A stretch of 32,000 bases of DNA from Bacillus subtilis subsp. subtilis str. 168 (GTDB taxonomy: Bacteria > Bacillota > Bacilli > Bacillales > Bacillaceae), in assembly GCF_000009045.1 (NCBI RefSeq), contig NC_000964.3:1230001-1262000 (forward strand), written 5' to 3'. Below the pieces are notes generated by a model, which made no database searches, was not told where the DNA came from, and worked only from the letters and a program-made list of their open reading frames with translations. Both the position numbers and the translations under genes were made by a program. Numbering within the stretch: the stretch's first letter is position 1; the number at the start of each line of letters is the position of its first letter. This document shows positions 8,475 to 20,655 of this stretch, in pieces.

Positions 8475-9374
8475 GTGGAGCATTTTTTTATCAGAAAGAA
8501 CATTACTTCCGCTGAGGACGGGATGACTGTAAAAGAATATGCCGGTGAACTGGGAATTTCGAAACGTCTGCTGACCGATATTAAGTTTGGCGGGGGAGAC
8601 CTGCAGATTAACGGTGAGCATGTGACGGTCAAATACGTTTTGAAAGAGGGAGATCTTCTTATCGTGAAGTTTCCTGAGGAGCAGGTGAGCGAGACGCTGT
8701 TGGCAGAGCCTGTTCCGCTCGATATCCTTTATGAGGATGAACATGTGCTTGTGATAAACAAGCAGCCGTATGTGTCATCAATCCCTTCGAGAGAGCACCC
8801 CTCCGGCAGCATTGCCAATGGAATTATTGATCATTATCAAACAACCGGAGTGAGGGCGACAGTTCATCTTGTCACCCGGTTAGACCGGGATACATCAGGT
8901 ATCATGCTTGTTGCCAAGCATCGATTTGCCCACTCCATTTTATCGTCTGCGCAAAAAAACGGCCTTGTGAAACGCCGGTATGCGGCAGTGGTTCACGGGC
9001 GGATGGCACAGATGGAGGGAACAGTCGATGCTCCGATTGGCAGACATCCTGACAGTATTATTGAACGGACGGTAACGCCAGACGGCCAGAAGGCTGTTAC
9101 TCATTTTTACGTCACATGTGCAAATGATGACATGACCTCGGTGGCATTGCAGCTTGAGACTGGACGAACCCATCAAATTCGTGTTCATATGAGCTATCTC
9201 GGGCACCCGTTGTGCGGCGATACACTGTACGGCGGAACGAGACAGGAAATTGGCCGGCAGGCTCTGCACAGCGAGCATCTTTCGTTTATCCATCCGCTGA
9301 CACAGGAGAACATGAGGTTTCATGCTCCACTGCCTCAGGACATGAGCAAACTGATAAAAGGAGAGAATCATTGA
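8475..9374 (+). CDS. yjbO: RluD-family pseudouridine synthase YjbO
   Basis: S4-like N-terminus plus catalytic motif HLVTRLDRDTSGIMLVAK and GRTHQIRVH. Alternative start ATG 8523. Confidence 0.92.
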   Translation: MEHFFIRKNITSAEDGMTVKEYAGELGISKRLLTDIKFGGGDLQINGEHVTVKYVLKEGDLLIVKFPEEQVSETLLAEPVPLDILYEDEHVLVINKQPYVSSIPSREHPSGSIANGIIDHYQTTGVRATVHLVTRLDRDTSGIMLVAKHRFAHSILSSAQKNGLVKRRYAAVVHGRMAQMEGTVDAPIGRHPDSIIERTVTPDGQKAVTHFYVTCANDDMTSVALQLETGRTHQIRVHMSYLGHPLCGDTLYGGTRQEIGRQALHSEHLSFIHPLTQENMRFHAPLPQDMSKLIKGENH

Positions 9375-9388
9375 TTCTCTCCTTTTTT
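9360..9388. terminator. Terminator between convergent yjbO and prpE
   Basis: GGAGAGAA-TCATTGA-TTCTCTCC followed by T-run. Confidence 0.8.
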
Positions 9389-10121
9389 ATATGGGGCGAA
9401 ATCTTGATTCGTCGTAAGGCAGGGAGCTTGGAACAGAGACGGTTTCTATTTCTGGAAAGCGAAAGCCTGTCAGTTGATTTCCGAACACGCAGCCTGTATC
9501 AATGTTGATGGTGCGATTGACCTTCCGAGGCTCTTTCACAGGTGTATGACCGTATACCACCCAAGCCTTTCCGTTATAGGCTGCCGCCCAATCACGCCTG
9601 ATGGGTCTGCCGTCCGGATATGTTTCACCCGTCACGTCACCGTAAAGCACAAAGTCCTTCACTCTGCGGGTATATTTGCCGATATCGTCAGCTCTTATGC
9701 CAGCATGGGCGACAACTAATTCTCCATTATGTAAGATGTCGTAAAGCGGCGCTGTTTCGTACAGCTTCATAAACTGTTCGCTGACTGATTTTTTCTCATC
9801 TTTGGAAAGTTCCTCAAGCTCTGCCGCTGTTGTTTCGAGACCATGCATCACTTTTACCGGATTTCCTTTTAAGTAACGATATAATTTATTGCAATGGTTT
9901 CCCGGGACATAACGCACAGCGCCTTTTTCGTAAGCGCCGGCTACAAATCGGATGACCTCTATCGATTTGGGCCCTCTGTCAGTTAAATCTCCGGCAAAAA
10001 CAAGCACCCTGCCTTCTTCATGGACAGGTACTCCATTTTTGATTGTATAGCCAAGCTTTTGGATTAATGCAGTCATTTCGTCATAGCAGCCATGAATATC
10101 GCTGATGATATCGTAAGCCAT
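9387..10121 (-). CDS. prpE: PrpE, bis(5'-nucleosyl)-tetraphosphatase / PPP-family phosphatase
   Basis: PPP-phosphatase motifs [26 protein letters not shown]. Confidence 0.93.
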   Translation of the reverse strand: MAYDIISDIHGCYDEMTALIQKLGYTIKNGVPVHEEGRVLVFAGDLTDRGPKSIEVIRFVAGAYEKGAVRYVPGNHCNKLYRYLKGNPVKVMHGLETTAAELEELSKDEKKSVSEQFMKLYETAPLYDILHNGELVVAHAGIRADDIGKYTRRVKDFVLYGDVTGETYPDGRPIRRDWAAAYNGKAWVVYGHTPVKEPRKVNRTINIDTGCVFGNQLTGFRFPEIETVSVPSSLPYDESRFRPI

Positions 10122-10268
10122 GCGGTCTCCTCCTTACCGATTGTTTTATTTATTATGAAGCAAAGTGTTGTGAGTCATCACAAGCTTTTATGTGCAAATT
10201 ATAGAAGAAGAATCATTTTCTAAACAGGATTAAGACCTTATCACTTTATTTTTCATCATCACCCTTGT

Positions 10269-10274
10269 TAAAAT
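10269..10274 (+). promoter_or_regulatory. Putative extended -10 (TGTTAAAAT) upstream of yjbQ
   Basis: TGn-TAAAAT; -35 region poor (TTATTT with 17-nt spacing). Confidence 0.4.
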
Positions 10275-10355
10275 CGCGTTATGTTTTTTAAAAATGAGGT
10301 TTTGTTCTCTGAGTGAGAACTAGCATAACCCTGACTTAAAAAGGAGGTTCTGATT

Positions 10356-12200
10356 ATGGCGCATACATCTGTCGCATCTTTAGTTGTTGTACTTATCGTT
10401 GCATTTTTGACACCCATCCTTTTGCATCGGTTTAAACTCAGCATCCCGGTTGTTGTTGCTGAAATCATTATGGGGCTGATAATTGGGAAAAGCGGCCTTA
10501 ATTTAGTTGTGGAGGGTGACACCTGGCTCCAGACACTCTCTATGCTCGGATTTATCTTTTTAATGTTTTTAAGCGGGCTTGAAATTGATTTTTCGTCGTT
10601 TGAGAAAGGAAAGAAAAAGCAGTTCCTGCCGAATGGCAAGGAAGCGCCGAATACGTTTGCTGCGGCATCTGTTATTTTCGTCGGTATTTTTATTTTATCA
10701 TTGCTCTTGTCCTATGGGTTCGTCTTGGCCGGATTTATCCAAAATGCATTTTTGATGACCCTGATTATTTCAACGATTTCATTAGGCGTTGTCGTTCCAA
10801 CATTAAAAGAAGAACGGATCATGAATTCGAATATCGGGCAGATTATTTTGCTTGTTGCTGTTATTGCTGATTTGGCCACGATGATTCTTCTTGCTGTTTT
10901 TTCTTCTTTATACGGAGAGGACAGCGGAAACATGTGGCTCCTGATGATTCTGTTTGCGGCCGGAGTGGTGCTTTACTTTTTCGGCCGGGTCTTCAAACAT
11001 CGCTCTTTTGTTCAATCCATGTCAAAAGGGACGATCCAGATCGGGACGCGTGCCATTTTTACGTTAATCATTGTACTCGTTGCCCTGTCTGAATCACTTG
11101 GGGCGGAAAATATTCTCGGCGCTTTCTTAGCGGGGGTTCTTGTTTCCCTGCTTTCGCCAAACAAAGAACTTGTTCAGCAGCTGGACTCATTCGGTTATGG
11201 GTTCTTAATACCGATTTTCTTCGTGATGGTCGGTGTGAAGCTTGATATTTGGACTCTTTTCCAGGATAAAACAATTTTAATCATGATTCCGCTCCTGCTG
11301 CTTGCGCTGTTAGTCAGCAAAATCATTCCTGTCATGTACTTAAAGAAGTGGTATGATAACCGAACCATTTTCGCGTCTGGTTTCCTGCTGACATCAACGC
11401 TTTCGCTCGTGATTGCTGCTGCAACAATCGGCCAGCAGCTTCACGTGATCAGTACAAATATGTCAGGAGCGCTAATTTTAGTAGCCGTCATTGCAAGTAT
11501 TTTTACGCCGATCTGTTTTAAAAAATTATACAAACGGGAAGAGCAGCCGGAGGAGAAAAAGACGATTACGTTCATTGGCGCCAATCAAATGACTTTGCCT
11601 GTCACACTCGAATTGCCAGAGGAAGAGTATGACGTGCGTGTTGTACACGTCTACCAAGAGAATGCGGAGGAAAAGCTGTCAGAATCAGTGTTTGCTGTTG
11701 AAACAATTTCTGACTATGAACACGAGACGCTTGAATCACTCGGCATTTTTGAAACGGATATCCTCGTTGTGGCGACAGGAAATGAAGATATGAATGCAGA
11801 CATTGCATTACTTGCAAAAGATAAAGGCACAGAAAGAGTCATTGCAAGCGTAGGATCACCGGAGCATGAAGCAGCTCTGAAGGAGCAGGGAATCAGCATC
11901 TTTTCTATTCTGCTGTCGACAAAAACGCTGCTTCGCGCACTGATTGAAGCGCCTGGCGTCATGAAGCTGCTCACGAACCAAGAGTCTTCGCTGTATCAAA
12001 TTAATATGGAGAACAGTAAATATGATGGTGTCATTTTACGGGAATTCCCTTTAACAGGTGACGTCATCTTTGTCAGGATCTTCAGAGGTGTGGACAGCAT
12101 CGTTCCTCATGGGGATACGAGGCTGAAACTTGGAGACCGTTTAATTGTCACCGGATCTCGGGGGTACGTAACGGATCTTAAGAAAACATTGGAAGGATAA
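10356..12200 (+). CDS. yjbQ: Putative K+(Na+)/H+ antiporter, CPA2 family, with C-terminal TrkA-N/TrkA-C domains
   Basis: 614 aa, about 12 hydrophobic segments, then IGANQMTLPVTLEL (Rossmann-like) and DTRLKLGDRLIVTGSR (TrkA-C). Confidence 0.92.
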   Translation: MAHTSVASLVVVLIVAFLTPILLHRFKLSIPVVVAEIIMGLIIGKSGLNLVVEGDTWLQTLSMLGFIFLMFLSGLEIDFSSFEKGKKKQFLPNGKEAPNTFAAASVIFVGIFILSLLLSYGFVLAGFIQNAFLMTLIISTISLGVVVPTLKEERIMNSNIGQIILLVAVIADLATMILLAVFSSLYGEDSGNMWLLMILFAAGVVLYFFGRVFKHRSFVQSMSKGTIQIGTRAIFTLIIVLVALSESLGAENILGAFLAGVLVSLLSPNKELVQQLDSFGYGFLIPIFFVMVGVKLDIWTLFQDKTILIMIPLLLLALLVSKIIPVMYLKKWYDNRTIFASGFLLTSTLSLVIAAATIGQQLHVISTNMSGALILVAVIASIFTPICFKKLYKREEQPEEKKTITFIGANQMTLPVTLELPEEEYDVRVVHVYQENAEEKLSESVFAVETISDYEHETLESLGIFETDILVVATGNEDMNADIALLAKDKGTERVIASVGSPEHEAALKEQGISIFSILLSTKTLLRALIEAPGVMKLLTNQESSLYQINMENSKYDGVILREFPLTGDVIFVRIFRGVDSIVPHGDTRLKLGDRLIVTGSRGYVTDLKKTLEG

Positions 12201-12203
12201 ATC

Positions 12204-12231
12204 TTGACCAAATAAGGATTCGTGTTAATAT
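12204..12231 (+). promoter_or_regulatory. Promoter of thi operon
   Basis: TTGACC (12204-12209), 16-nt spacer, TAATAT (12226-12231). Confidence 0.7.
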
Positions 12232-12263
12232 AGAGGTGCAGAACAATTCAATATGTATTCGTT

Positions 12264-12365
12264 TAACCACTAGGGGTGTCCTTCATAAGGGCTGAGATAA
12301 AAGTGTGACTTTTAGACCCTCATAACTTGAACAGGTTCAGACCTGCGTAGGGAAGTGGAGCGGTA
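12264..12365 (+). promoter_or_regulatory. TPP riboswitch (THI element)
   Basis: ACCACTAGGGGTGTCC...GGGCTGAGATAAAAG...ACCCTCATAACTTGAACAGGTTCAGACCTGCGTAGGGAAGTGG; conserved CUGAGA and ACCUG...CGUAGGGAA motifs. Confidence 0.97.
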
Positions 12366-12392
12366 TTTGTGTTATTTTACTATGCCAATTCC

Positions 12393-12430
12393 AAACCACT
12401 TTTCCTTGCGGGAAAGTGGTTTTTTTATTT
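12393..12430 (+). terminator. Riboswitch-controlled intrinsic terminator
   Basis: AACCACTTTTCC-TTGC-GGGAAAGTGGTTTTTTTTATTTT directly after the aptamer; upstream GGGAAGTGG can compete for pairing. Confidence 0.85.
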
Positions 12431-12448
12431 TCAGAGGGGGAATGATTT

Positions 12449-14843
<2,395 letters not shown>

Positions 14844-14844
<1 letters not shown>

Positions 14845-15044
14845 TGCTACAGCTGAACGGTAAAGACGTGAAGTGGAAAAAAGACACAGGTACAATTCAA
14901 GACCTGCTGGCGTCGTATCAGCTTGAAAATAAAATCGTTATCGTGGAAAGAAATAAAGAAATAATCGGGAAAGAACGCTATCACGAGGTTGAGCTTTGTG
15001 ATCGTGATGTCATTGAAATTGTCCATTTTGTAGGAGGCGGATGA
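14844..15044 (+). CDS. thiS: Sulfur carrier protein ThiS
   Basis: Small ubiquitin-like protein ending in VGGG; ATG at 14841 or 14844. Confidence 0.93.
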
Positions 15045-15811
15045 GCATGTTAACAATTGGCGGAAAATCATTTCAATCAAGATTGCTGCTGGGCACGGGG
15101 AAATACCCATCGTTTGACATTCAAAAGGAAGCAGTAGCTGTTTCTGAGTCTGATATTTTAACATTTGCTGTAAGGAGAATGAACATTTTTGAAGCATCTC
15201 AGCCGAATTTTCTGGAACAGCTTGATTTATCCAAATATACGCTTTTGCCGAATACAGCGGGCGCCAGTACTGCTGAAGAAGCGGTTCGGATTGCAAGGCT
15301 GGCGAAAGCTTCAGGCCTTTGTGACATGATTAAAGTTGAAGTCATCGGATGCAGCCGTTCCTTGCTGCCTGACCCTGTTGAGACATTAAAAGCGTCTGAA
15401 CAGCTTCTTGAAGAAGGCTTTATTGTGCTCCCGTACACGTCGGATGACGTTGTGCTGGCGAGAAAGCTGGAAGAGCTCGGCGTTCATGCCATCATGCCGG
15501 GTGCATCTCCGATTGGATCAGGACAAGGAATCTTAAATCCTTTGAATCTGTCGTTTATTATTGAACAGGCGAAAGTACCGGTCATCGTGGATGCGGGAAT
15601 CGGCTCGCCTAAAGATGCGGCATACGCAATGGAGCTTGGAGCGGATGGCGTACTGCTCAATACGGCTGTATCTGGCGCTGACGATCCCGTGAAAATGGCT
15701 CGTGCCATGAAGCTCGCAGTGGAAGCAGGGCGCCTTTCTTATGAGGCGGGCCGAATCCCGCTTAAGCAATACGGAACGGCAAGCAGTCCGGGAGAAGGTC
15801 TTCCTGTATGA
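15041..15811 (+). CDS. thiG: Thiazole synthase ThiG
   Basis: [20 protein letters not shown]...LPNTAG...IMPLGSPIGSG-like ([13 protein letters not shown]), VIVDAGIG. Confidence 0.96.
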   Translation: MSMLTIGGKSFQSRLLLGTGKYPSFDIQKEAVAVSESDILTFAVRRMNIFEASQPNFLEQLDLSKYTLLPNTAGASTAEEAVRIARLAKASGLCDMIKVEVIGCSRSLLPDPVETLKASEQLLEEGFIVLPYTSDDVVLARKLEELGVHAIMPGASPIGSGQGILNPLNLSFIIEQAKVPVIVDAGIGSPKDAAYAMELGADGVLLNTAVSGADDPVKMARAMKLAVEAGRLSYEAGRIPLKQYGTASSPGEGLPV

Positions 15812-16818
15812 CAGGCAGGTATTCAAGGCAGGAGCTGTTTGCTCCGATCGGCCCATCCGGCCAGAAAAAATTGAAAGAAGCGCGCGCCGTGATTATCGGC
15901 GCCGGCGCGCTCGGAACAGCCAGTGCAGAAATGCTGGTGAGAGCGGGAGTCGGCTCTGTGAAAATTGCCGACAGAGATTATGTTGAATGGAGCAACCTCC
16001 AGCGCCAGCAGCTTTATACAGAAGATGATGTCAAAAAAGAAATGCCGAAAGCAGCCGCTGCGGAGCGCCGTCTCCGTTCGATTAACAGCGATGTTGATGT
16101 GACCGGCCTTGTCATGGATGTGACAGCAGAAAATATCTTCGAGCTGATTAGGGATGCATCGATTATTGTGGATGCGGCTGATAATTTTGAAACCCGCCTG
16201 ATCGTAAATGATGCTGCGGTAAAGGAAGGGATTCCTTTTCTTTACGGTGCCTGTGTAGGGAGCTACGGTCTTACCTTTACCGTGGTGCCGGGTTCTACTC
16301 CTTGCCTGCATTGCTTGCTCGATGCACTTCCGATTGGCGGAGCAACATGTGACACAGCTGGCATCATCAGTCCGGCTGTTTTGCAGGTAGCAGTCTTTCA
16401 GGTAACAGATGCACTGAAACTGCTGACGGGAGAGGAGTGCGAGCCGGTGCTGCGCTCCTTTGATTTGTGGAAAAACGAGCGGTCAGAAGTGAGAGCGGCC
16501 AGTCTCAAACATGACGCATGCCCAAGCTGCGGCACAAAGGATTTTCCGTTTTTGTCTTATGAAAATCAAACAAAAGCGGCTGTATTGTGCGGCAGGAACA
16601 CGGTGCAGATCAGATCATCTATTACGAAAGAAGCGGATCTTGAAGCGCTTGCCGGTCAGCTGAGGCAGGCCGGGCTTGAAGTAGCTGCGAACCCGTATTT
16701 AATTTCCTGCCGCTCGGATGATATGAAAATGGTGCTGTTCCGGGACGGCAGAGCTTTGATCCATGGAACAAATGATATTGCCCGGGCAAAATCCATTTAT
16801 CATAAATGGATTGGGTAA
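15808..16818 (+). CDS. thiF: Sulfur carrier protein adenylyltransferase ThiF (MoeB/ThiF/E1 family)
   Basis: [60 protein letters not shown] and CPSCG zinc ligands. Confidence 0.95.
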   Translation: MTGRYSRQELFAPIGPSGQKKLKEARAVIIGAGALGTASAEMLVRAGVGSVKIADRDYVEWSNLQRQQLYTEDDVKKEMPKAAAAERRLRSINSDVDVTGLVMDVTAENIFELIRDASIIVDAADNFETRLIVNDAAVKEGIPFLYGACVGSYGLTFTVVPGSTPCLHCLLDALPIGGATCDTAGIISPAVLQVAVFQVTDALKLLTGEECEPVLRSFDLWKNERSEVRAASLKHDACPSCGTKDFPFLSYENQTKAAVLCGRNTVQIRSSITKEADLEALAGQLRQAGLEVAANPYLISCRSDDMKMVLFRDGRALIHGTNDIARAKSIYHKWIG

Positions 16819-16836
16819 TAAAAGGAGTGTAGTGTA

Positions 16837-17652
16837 ATGAGTATATATAAAGCATTGACAATCGCCGGATCAGATTCAGGCGGCGGCGCAGGGATACAGG
16901 CTGATATTAAAACCTTTCAAGAGCTTGATGTATTCGGAATGTCTGCGATTACGGCGGTAACCGCTCAAAATACGCTTGGCGTTCACGGGGTGCATCCGCT
17001 GACTGTAGAGACGTTGAGACAGCAAATTGACGCTGTTGCTGAGGATTTGAGACCGGATGCAGTTAAGACGGGAATGCTCTGGAATGCCGACATGATTGAA
17101 GAAGTGGCAAGAAAAATTGACGAGTACGGATTCAATCGTGTAATTGTTGATCCGGTTATGATCGCAAAGGGCGGGGCATCCTTGCTGCGTGATGAGTCAG
17201 TTGCCACCTTAAAGGAGTTGCTCATTCCAAGAAGCTACGCGATTACGCCGAATGTCCCGGAAGCAGAAACGCTGACAGGAATGACAATCAGCTCGCTGGA
17301 TGACCGGAAAAAAGCAGCGGAGCAGCTCGTCAAGATGGGTGCGCAGCATGTCATTATCAAAGGCGGGCACCAGCCTGAGGACAATCACATTACTGACCTT
17401 CTTTTTGATGGCAGCATGTTTATGCAAATCACCCATCCTTATATCAATACGAAGCATACGCATGGCACAGGCTGCACCTTTGCTGCGGCTTTAACGGCCC
17501 AAACGGCTAAAGGAGACAGCATCCATCAGGCATTTGAGGTTGCGGCCAACTTTGTCCGTGAAGCGGTGGAAAATACGCTCGGCATCGGATCGGGACACGG
17601 GCCGACAAACCATTTCGCTTTTAAACGAAACAGCTTAAATACAAGCCGATGA
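16837..17652 (+). CDS. thiD: Hydroxymethylpyrimidine/phosphomethylpyrimidine kinase
   Basis: ALTIAGSDSGGGAGIQADIKTF and HTHGTGCTFAAALTA. Confidence 0.93.
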   Translation: MSIYKALTIAGSDSGGGAGIQADIKTFQELDVFGMSAITAVTAQNTLGVHGVHPLTVETLRQQIDAVAEDLRPDAVKTGMLWNADMIEEVARKIDEYGFNRVIVDPVMIAKGGASLLRDESVATLKELLIPRSYAITPNVPEAETLTGMTISSLDDRKKAAEQLVKMGAQHVIIKGGHQPEDNHITDLLFDGSMFMQITHPYINTKHTHGTGCTFAAALTAQTAKGDSIHQAFEVAANFVREAVENTLGIGSGHGPTNHFAFKRNSLNTSR

Positions 17653-17680
17653 GATCACCAGCTGATGGTGATCTCTTTTG
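17651..17680 (+). terminator. Terminator of thi operon
   Basis: GAGATCACC-AGCTGAT-GGTGATCTCTTTTG. Confidence 0.8.
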
Positions 17681-17700
17681 CGTTTGCTACGGTATGCGCT

Positions 17701-17751
17701 TTTCATCTGGACAAGGTTATGATATGATAGGAATTAAGATCAGGTACTAAT
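17701..17751 (+). promoter_or_regulatory. fabI promoter and FapR-like operator
   Basis: TTTTCA-17 nt-TATGAT (17724-17729), then TTAAGATCAGGTACTAA (17735-17751), 12/17 match to the FapR consensus TTAGTACCTGATACTAA. Confidence 0.6.
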
Positions 17752-17787
17752 ACTATGTCTTTATTAAATATAGGAGGCTTTATACAT

Positions 17788-18564
17788 ATGAATTTTTCAC
17801 TTGAAGGCCGTAACATTGTTGTGATGGGGGTAGCCAACAAACGCAGCATCGCCTGGGGCATTGCGCGTTCTTTACATGAAGCGGGTGCACGTTTGATTTT
17901 CACATACGCTGGTGAACGCCTGGAGAAATCCGTTCACGAGCTTGCCGGAACATTAGACCGCAACGATTCCATCATCCTCCCTTGCGATGTTACAAACGAC
18001 GCAGAAATCGAAACTTGCTTCGCAAGCATTAAGGAGCAGGTCGGTGTAATCCACGGTATCGCGCATTGTATCGCGTTTGCCAACAAAGAAGAGCTTGTCG
18101 GCGAGTACTTAAACACAAATCGTGACGGCTTCCTTTTGGCTCATAACATCAGCTCATATTCTCTGACTGCTGTTGTCAAAGCGGCACGTCCGATGATGAC
18201 TGAAGGCGGAAGCATTGTCACTTTGACGTACCTTGGCGGAGAGCTTGTGATGCCAAACTACAACGTCATGGGTGTAGCAAAAGCTTCTCTTGATGCAAGT
18301 GTGAAATATTTAGCTGCTGACTTAGGAAAAGAAAATATCCGCGTCAACAGCATTTCTGCCGGCCCGATCAGAACATTATCTGCTAAAGGCATCAGCGATT
18401 TCAACTCTATCTTAAAAGACATCGAAGAGCGTGCACCGCTTCGCCGCACGACAACACCTGAAGAAGTGGGCGATACAGCTGCGTTCTTGTTCAGCGATAT
18501 GTCCCGCGGGATTACAGGTGAAAATCTTCACGTTGATTCTGGTTTCCATATCACTGCCCGCTAA
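17788..18564 (+). CDS. fabI: Enoyl-[acyl-carrier-protein] reductase [NADH/NADPH]
   Basis: MNFSLEGRNIVVMGVANKRSIAWGIARSL; SDR fold with YNVMGVAKASLD. ATG 17788 follows TAGGAGG at 17771; the ORF-track start at 17755 is upstream of the RBS. Confidence 0.96.
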   Translation: MNFSLEGRNIVVMGVANKRSIAWGIARSLHEAGARLIFTYAGERLEKSVHELAGTLDRNDSIILPCDVTNDAEIETCFASIKEQVGVIHGIAHCIAFANKEELVGEYLNTNRDGFLLAHNISSYSLTAVVKAARPMMTEGGSIVTLTYLGGELVMPNYNVMGVAKASLDASVKYLAADLGKENIRVNSISAGPIRTLSAKGISDFNSILKDIEERAPLRRTTTPEEVGDTAAFLFSDMSRGITGENLHVDSGFHITAR

Positions 18565-18580
18565 GCAGGATCTATATCAA

Positions 18581-18608
18581 GCAATCCCGAATAGGGATTG
18601 CTTTTTTA
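18581..18608 (+). terminator. Terminator of fabI
   Basis: GCAATCCC-GAATA-GGGATTGCTTTTTTA. Confidence 0.85.
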
Positions 18609-18664
18609 TTTCTTCTGATTTTCAGCTTTCTGTCATATAGATAGAATATGACACAATCGGAGGG

Positions 18665-19348
18665 ATGAAGATGTCTAATAAGAAAAGAAACGCGGATAAA
18701 AAACCGCTCATGTATATTGTTCAGCCGGATTATGCAGAAACTACAAGGTCATCCATGCAGGAGATTGTCATCAAAAGAAAGGCCGACAAACCCGCTCCGC
18801 CAAAAGCTGAGGAAAAGCCGGCTTACCATGAGAAGCAGCAGGAGGAAGCCGTGGCACAGGATGTCCTGCAAGAAGACCAAAAGCCTGCAGCCGAACCAGT
18901 GAGTCAGCAAACACAAGAGGCGAGAGAGCCAGAGAACATAAAAAGCCAAGAGGAACAGAAGGCAGAGCCGCAGGCCGTAGAAGAAACCGTTGAACACGAG
19001 CCCCCGAAAGCAGAAAAAAAGGAAGAGCCTGCACTTGAGGCCCGGAAGCCTGAGAAAGAACCGGAAGCTGTCCATAGTGCTGATAAAGCGGAGGAAAAAG
19101 CACCGCCGGCACGAAAAGTGAAAAAACCGATGAGCAAGATGACGATCCACGAAAAAATTGATTTTTTAACAAAGCTGCCTCATAACATGCCGAGAGCGCT
19201 TTGTTTGATTGAAGCCAATGGAAGAACGTACAGGGGCGTGATTGTCGGAAGAAGAAATGATTCCGTCCTGCTTCGAACAACCGGAAACGGAGCCCCAACC
19301 GAACTGGCAATCGATGATATTACCTCTTTGCACCCGCTCGGTTTTTAA
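18665..19348 (+). CDS. cotO: Spore coat protein CotO
   Basis: 227 aa, highly charged E/K/P-rich middle with conserved C-terminal domain (MTIHEKIDFLTKLPHNMPRALCLIEANGRTYRGVIVG). Confidence 0.88.
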   Translation: MKMSNKKRNADKKPLMYIVQPDYAETTRSSMQEIVIKRKADKPAPPKAEEKPAYHEKQQEEAVAQDVLQEDQKPAAEPVSQQTQEAREPENIKSQEEQKAEPQAVEETVEHEPPKAEKKEEPALEARKPEKEPEAVHSADKAEEKAPPARKVKKPMSKMTIHEKIDFLTKLPHNMPRALCLIEANGRTYRGVIVGRRNDSVLLRTTGNGAPTELAIDDITSLHPLGF

Positions 19349-19356
19349 CGAAAAAG

Positions 19357-19397
19357 AAAAAAGCTGCCCGGCTGATGTTGCCGGACAGCTTTTTTTA
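19357..19397 (+). terminator. Terminator of cotO
   Basis: AAAAGCTGCCCGGC...GCCGGACAGCTTTTTTT. Confidence 0.85.
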
Positions 19398-19441
19398 CAT
19401 AGAGAAAAGCCTGCAGGCCTGCAAGCTTTTCCAGCTTATGA

Positions 19442-19888
19442 TTAATGATGATGTGTACGATTGATTAATCGAGGATTTAAGCAGTTGATTGCGCAGAAGC
19501 AGTCTAAGTCAACTTCAATACAGTAGTTCGTTTTTTCGAGTCGGAACACTTCACACACCGTATCTTTATCGGTGAAGTCCAAAATGTGTTTGTGTTCGTC
19601 AAATGCGATTAATAATGACAGTGTTGCACAGCTTCCATGCACTCTTTCGACCCTGAAAAATACTGTATTAAAGCAAGGGCCGTTATCGAGTTCGCCGACA
19701 TTTCCGAAGGCGACTAATGGCGTTGATTTTGATGTAAATATTGCAAAAGGCACTGTGTCGCCTAACGAATGGCTTACAGATAAAAGCTTAGAGTGGCAGC
19801 CGGTCGGGCAGTCTTCTTCAACAGCGTTTTGCAGATCTTCAATATTTTCTACAGCTTCACGCACGCAGCTTGATGTTTTCTGGCTCAT
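19442..19888 (-). CDS. cotZ: Spore coat protein CotZ (crust morphogenesis)
   Basis: 148 aa Cys-rich, paralogous to CotY (CVREAVENIEDLQNAVEEDCPTGC; FRLEKTNYCIEVDLDCFCAINCLNP). Confidence 0.93.
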   Translation of the reverse strand: MSQKTSSCVREAVENIEDLQNAVEEDCPTGCHSKLLSVSHSLGDTVPFAIFTSKSTPLVAFGNVGELDNGPCFNTVFFRVERVHGSCATLSLLIAFDEHKHILDFTDKDTVCEVFRLEKTNYCIEVDLDCFCAINCLNPRLINRTHHH

Positions 19889-20015
19889 ATTATCCCTCCT
19901 GCCTTATAAATTTGAGACTGGCGAAATGATGGAGAGTCAGCTGCCTCACGCTGGAAGCAGCTGAATGATTTGCACCTGTAATAGAGTTTGGAAGGGGATT
20001 CCTCTTTACAAGTGT

Positions 20016-20504
20016 TTATCCATTGTGATGATGCTTTTTATCTTTGTGAGGCGATGTTCTGTCAACTAGCTCTGGTGACAGGCACTGAATCGCGCAGAAG
20101 CATCCGAGATCCACTTCAATGCAGAAATCTGTTTTTTCTAGCCCGAAGAAATCCGGGTCGCAAGGGTGGCAAACACTTAAGGTATCGCCTTTGACATCGA
20201 CCGGGCGTAAAATAGACAGTGTTGCACAGCAATCGCATAATTTTTCGACGCGGAAGAAAATGGATTCAAAGCATTGCATATCATCCACAAATCCCCCTAC
20301 GTTTCCGAATGTGGAGAACAATCCGCCTTTTTTATCAAAAACGAGAAACGGAATTGTGTCTTTTCCAGCAATCGTAGGGTTTAAAAGGTTGGTATAGCAG
20401 CCAGTCGGACACTGTTCTTCAACTGCCTCCTGCTCTGCTAAAATCTTTTCCACTGCATCGCATACACAGTTCTCATGCCGGCCATGGGTTTTTCCGCAGC
20501 TCAT
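20016..20504 (-). CDS. cotY: Spore coat protein CotY (crust)
   Basis: [41 protein letters not shown]...[20 protein letters not shown]; 162 aa from ATG at 20504. ORF track extends 17 codons upstream. Confidence 0.93.
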
Positions 20505-20620
20505 TGATTTCAGCTCCTTCTTTATAGGGTATTTGACTTTAGTCCTTAACAACATATGTACCCGTGCCCCACTTGGTGTGGGTGAACGTCTATATATTCA
20601 TCATATGCTTGGAAAATAAG

Positions 20621-20650
20621 AAAAAGCAGAGCGTTTTTAGCTCTGCTTTT
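20621..20650 (-). terminator. Terminator downstream of cotX
   Basis: Minus-strand AAAGCAGAGC-TAAAAAC-GCTCTGCTTTTTCTT. Confidence 0.8.
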
Positions 20651-20655
20651 AGGTC

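Noticed and set aside
18717-19310. Several opposite-strand or out-of-frame ORFs over cotO (99-179 aa)
   Set aside because: They are shadow ORFs of a repetitive GAA/AAG/GCA-rich gene: low-complexity translations (FFRFFLR, SSCSSVFS) with no credible RBS.
19889-20015. Possible riboswitch in the cotY-cotZ spacer
   Set aside because: The 127-bp spacer shows no strong nested stems or known aptamer consensus; it more likely holds a late sporulation promoter, which I could not assign with confidence.
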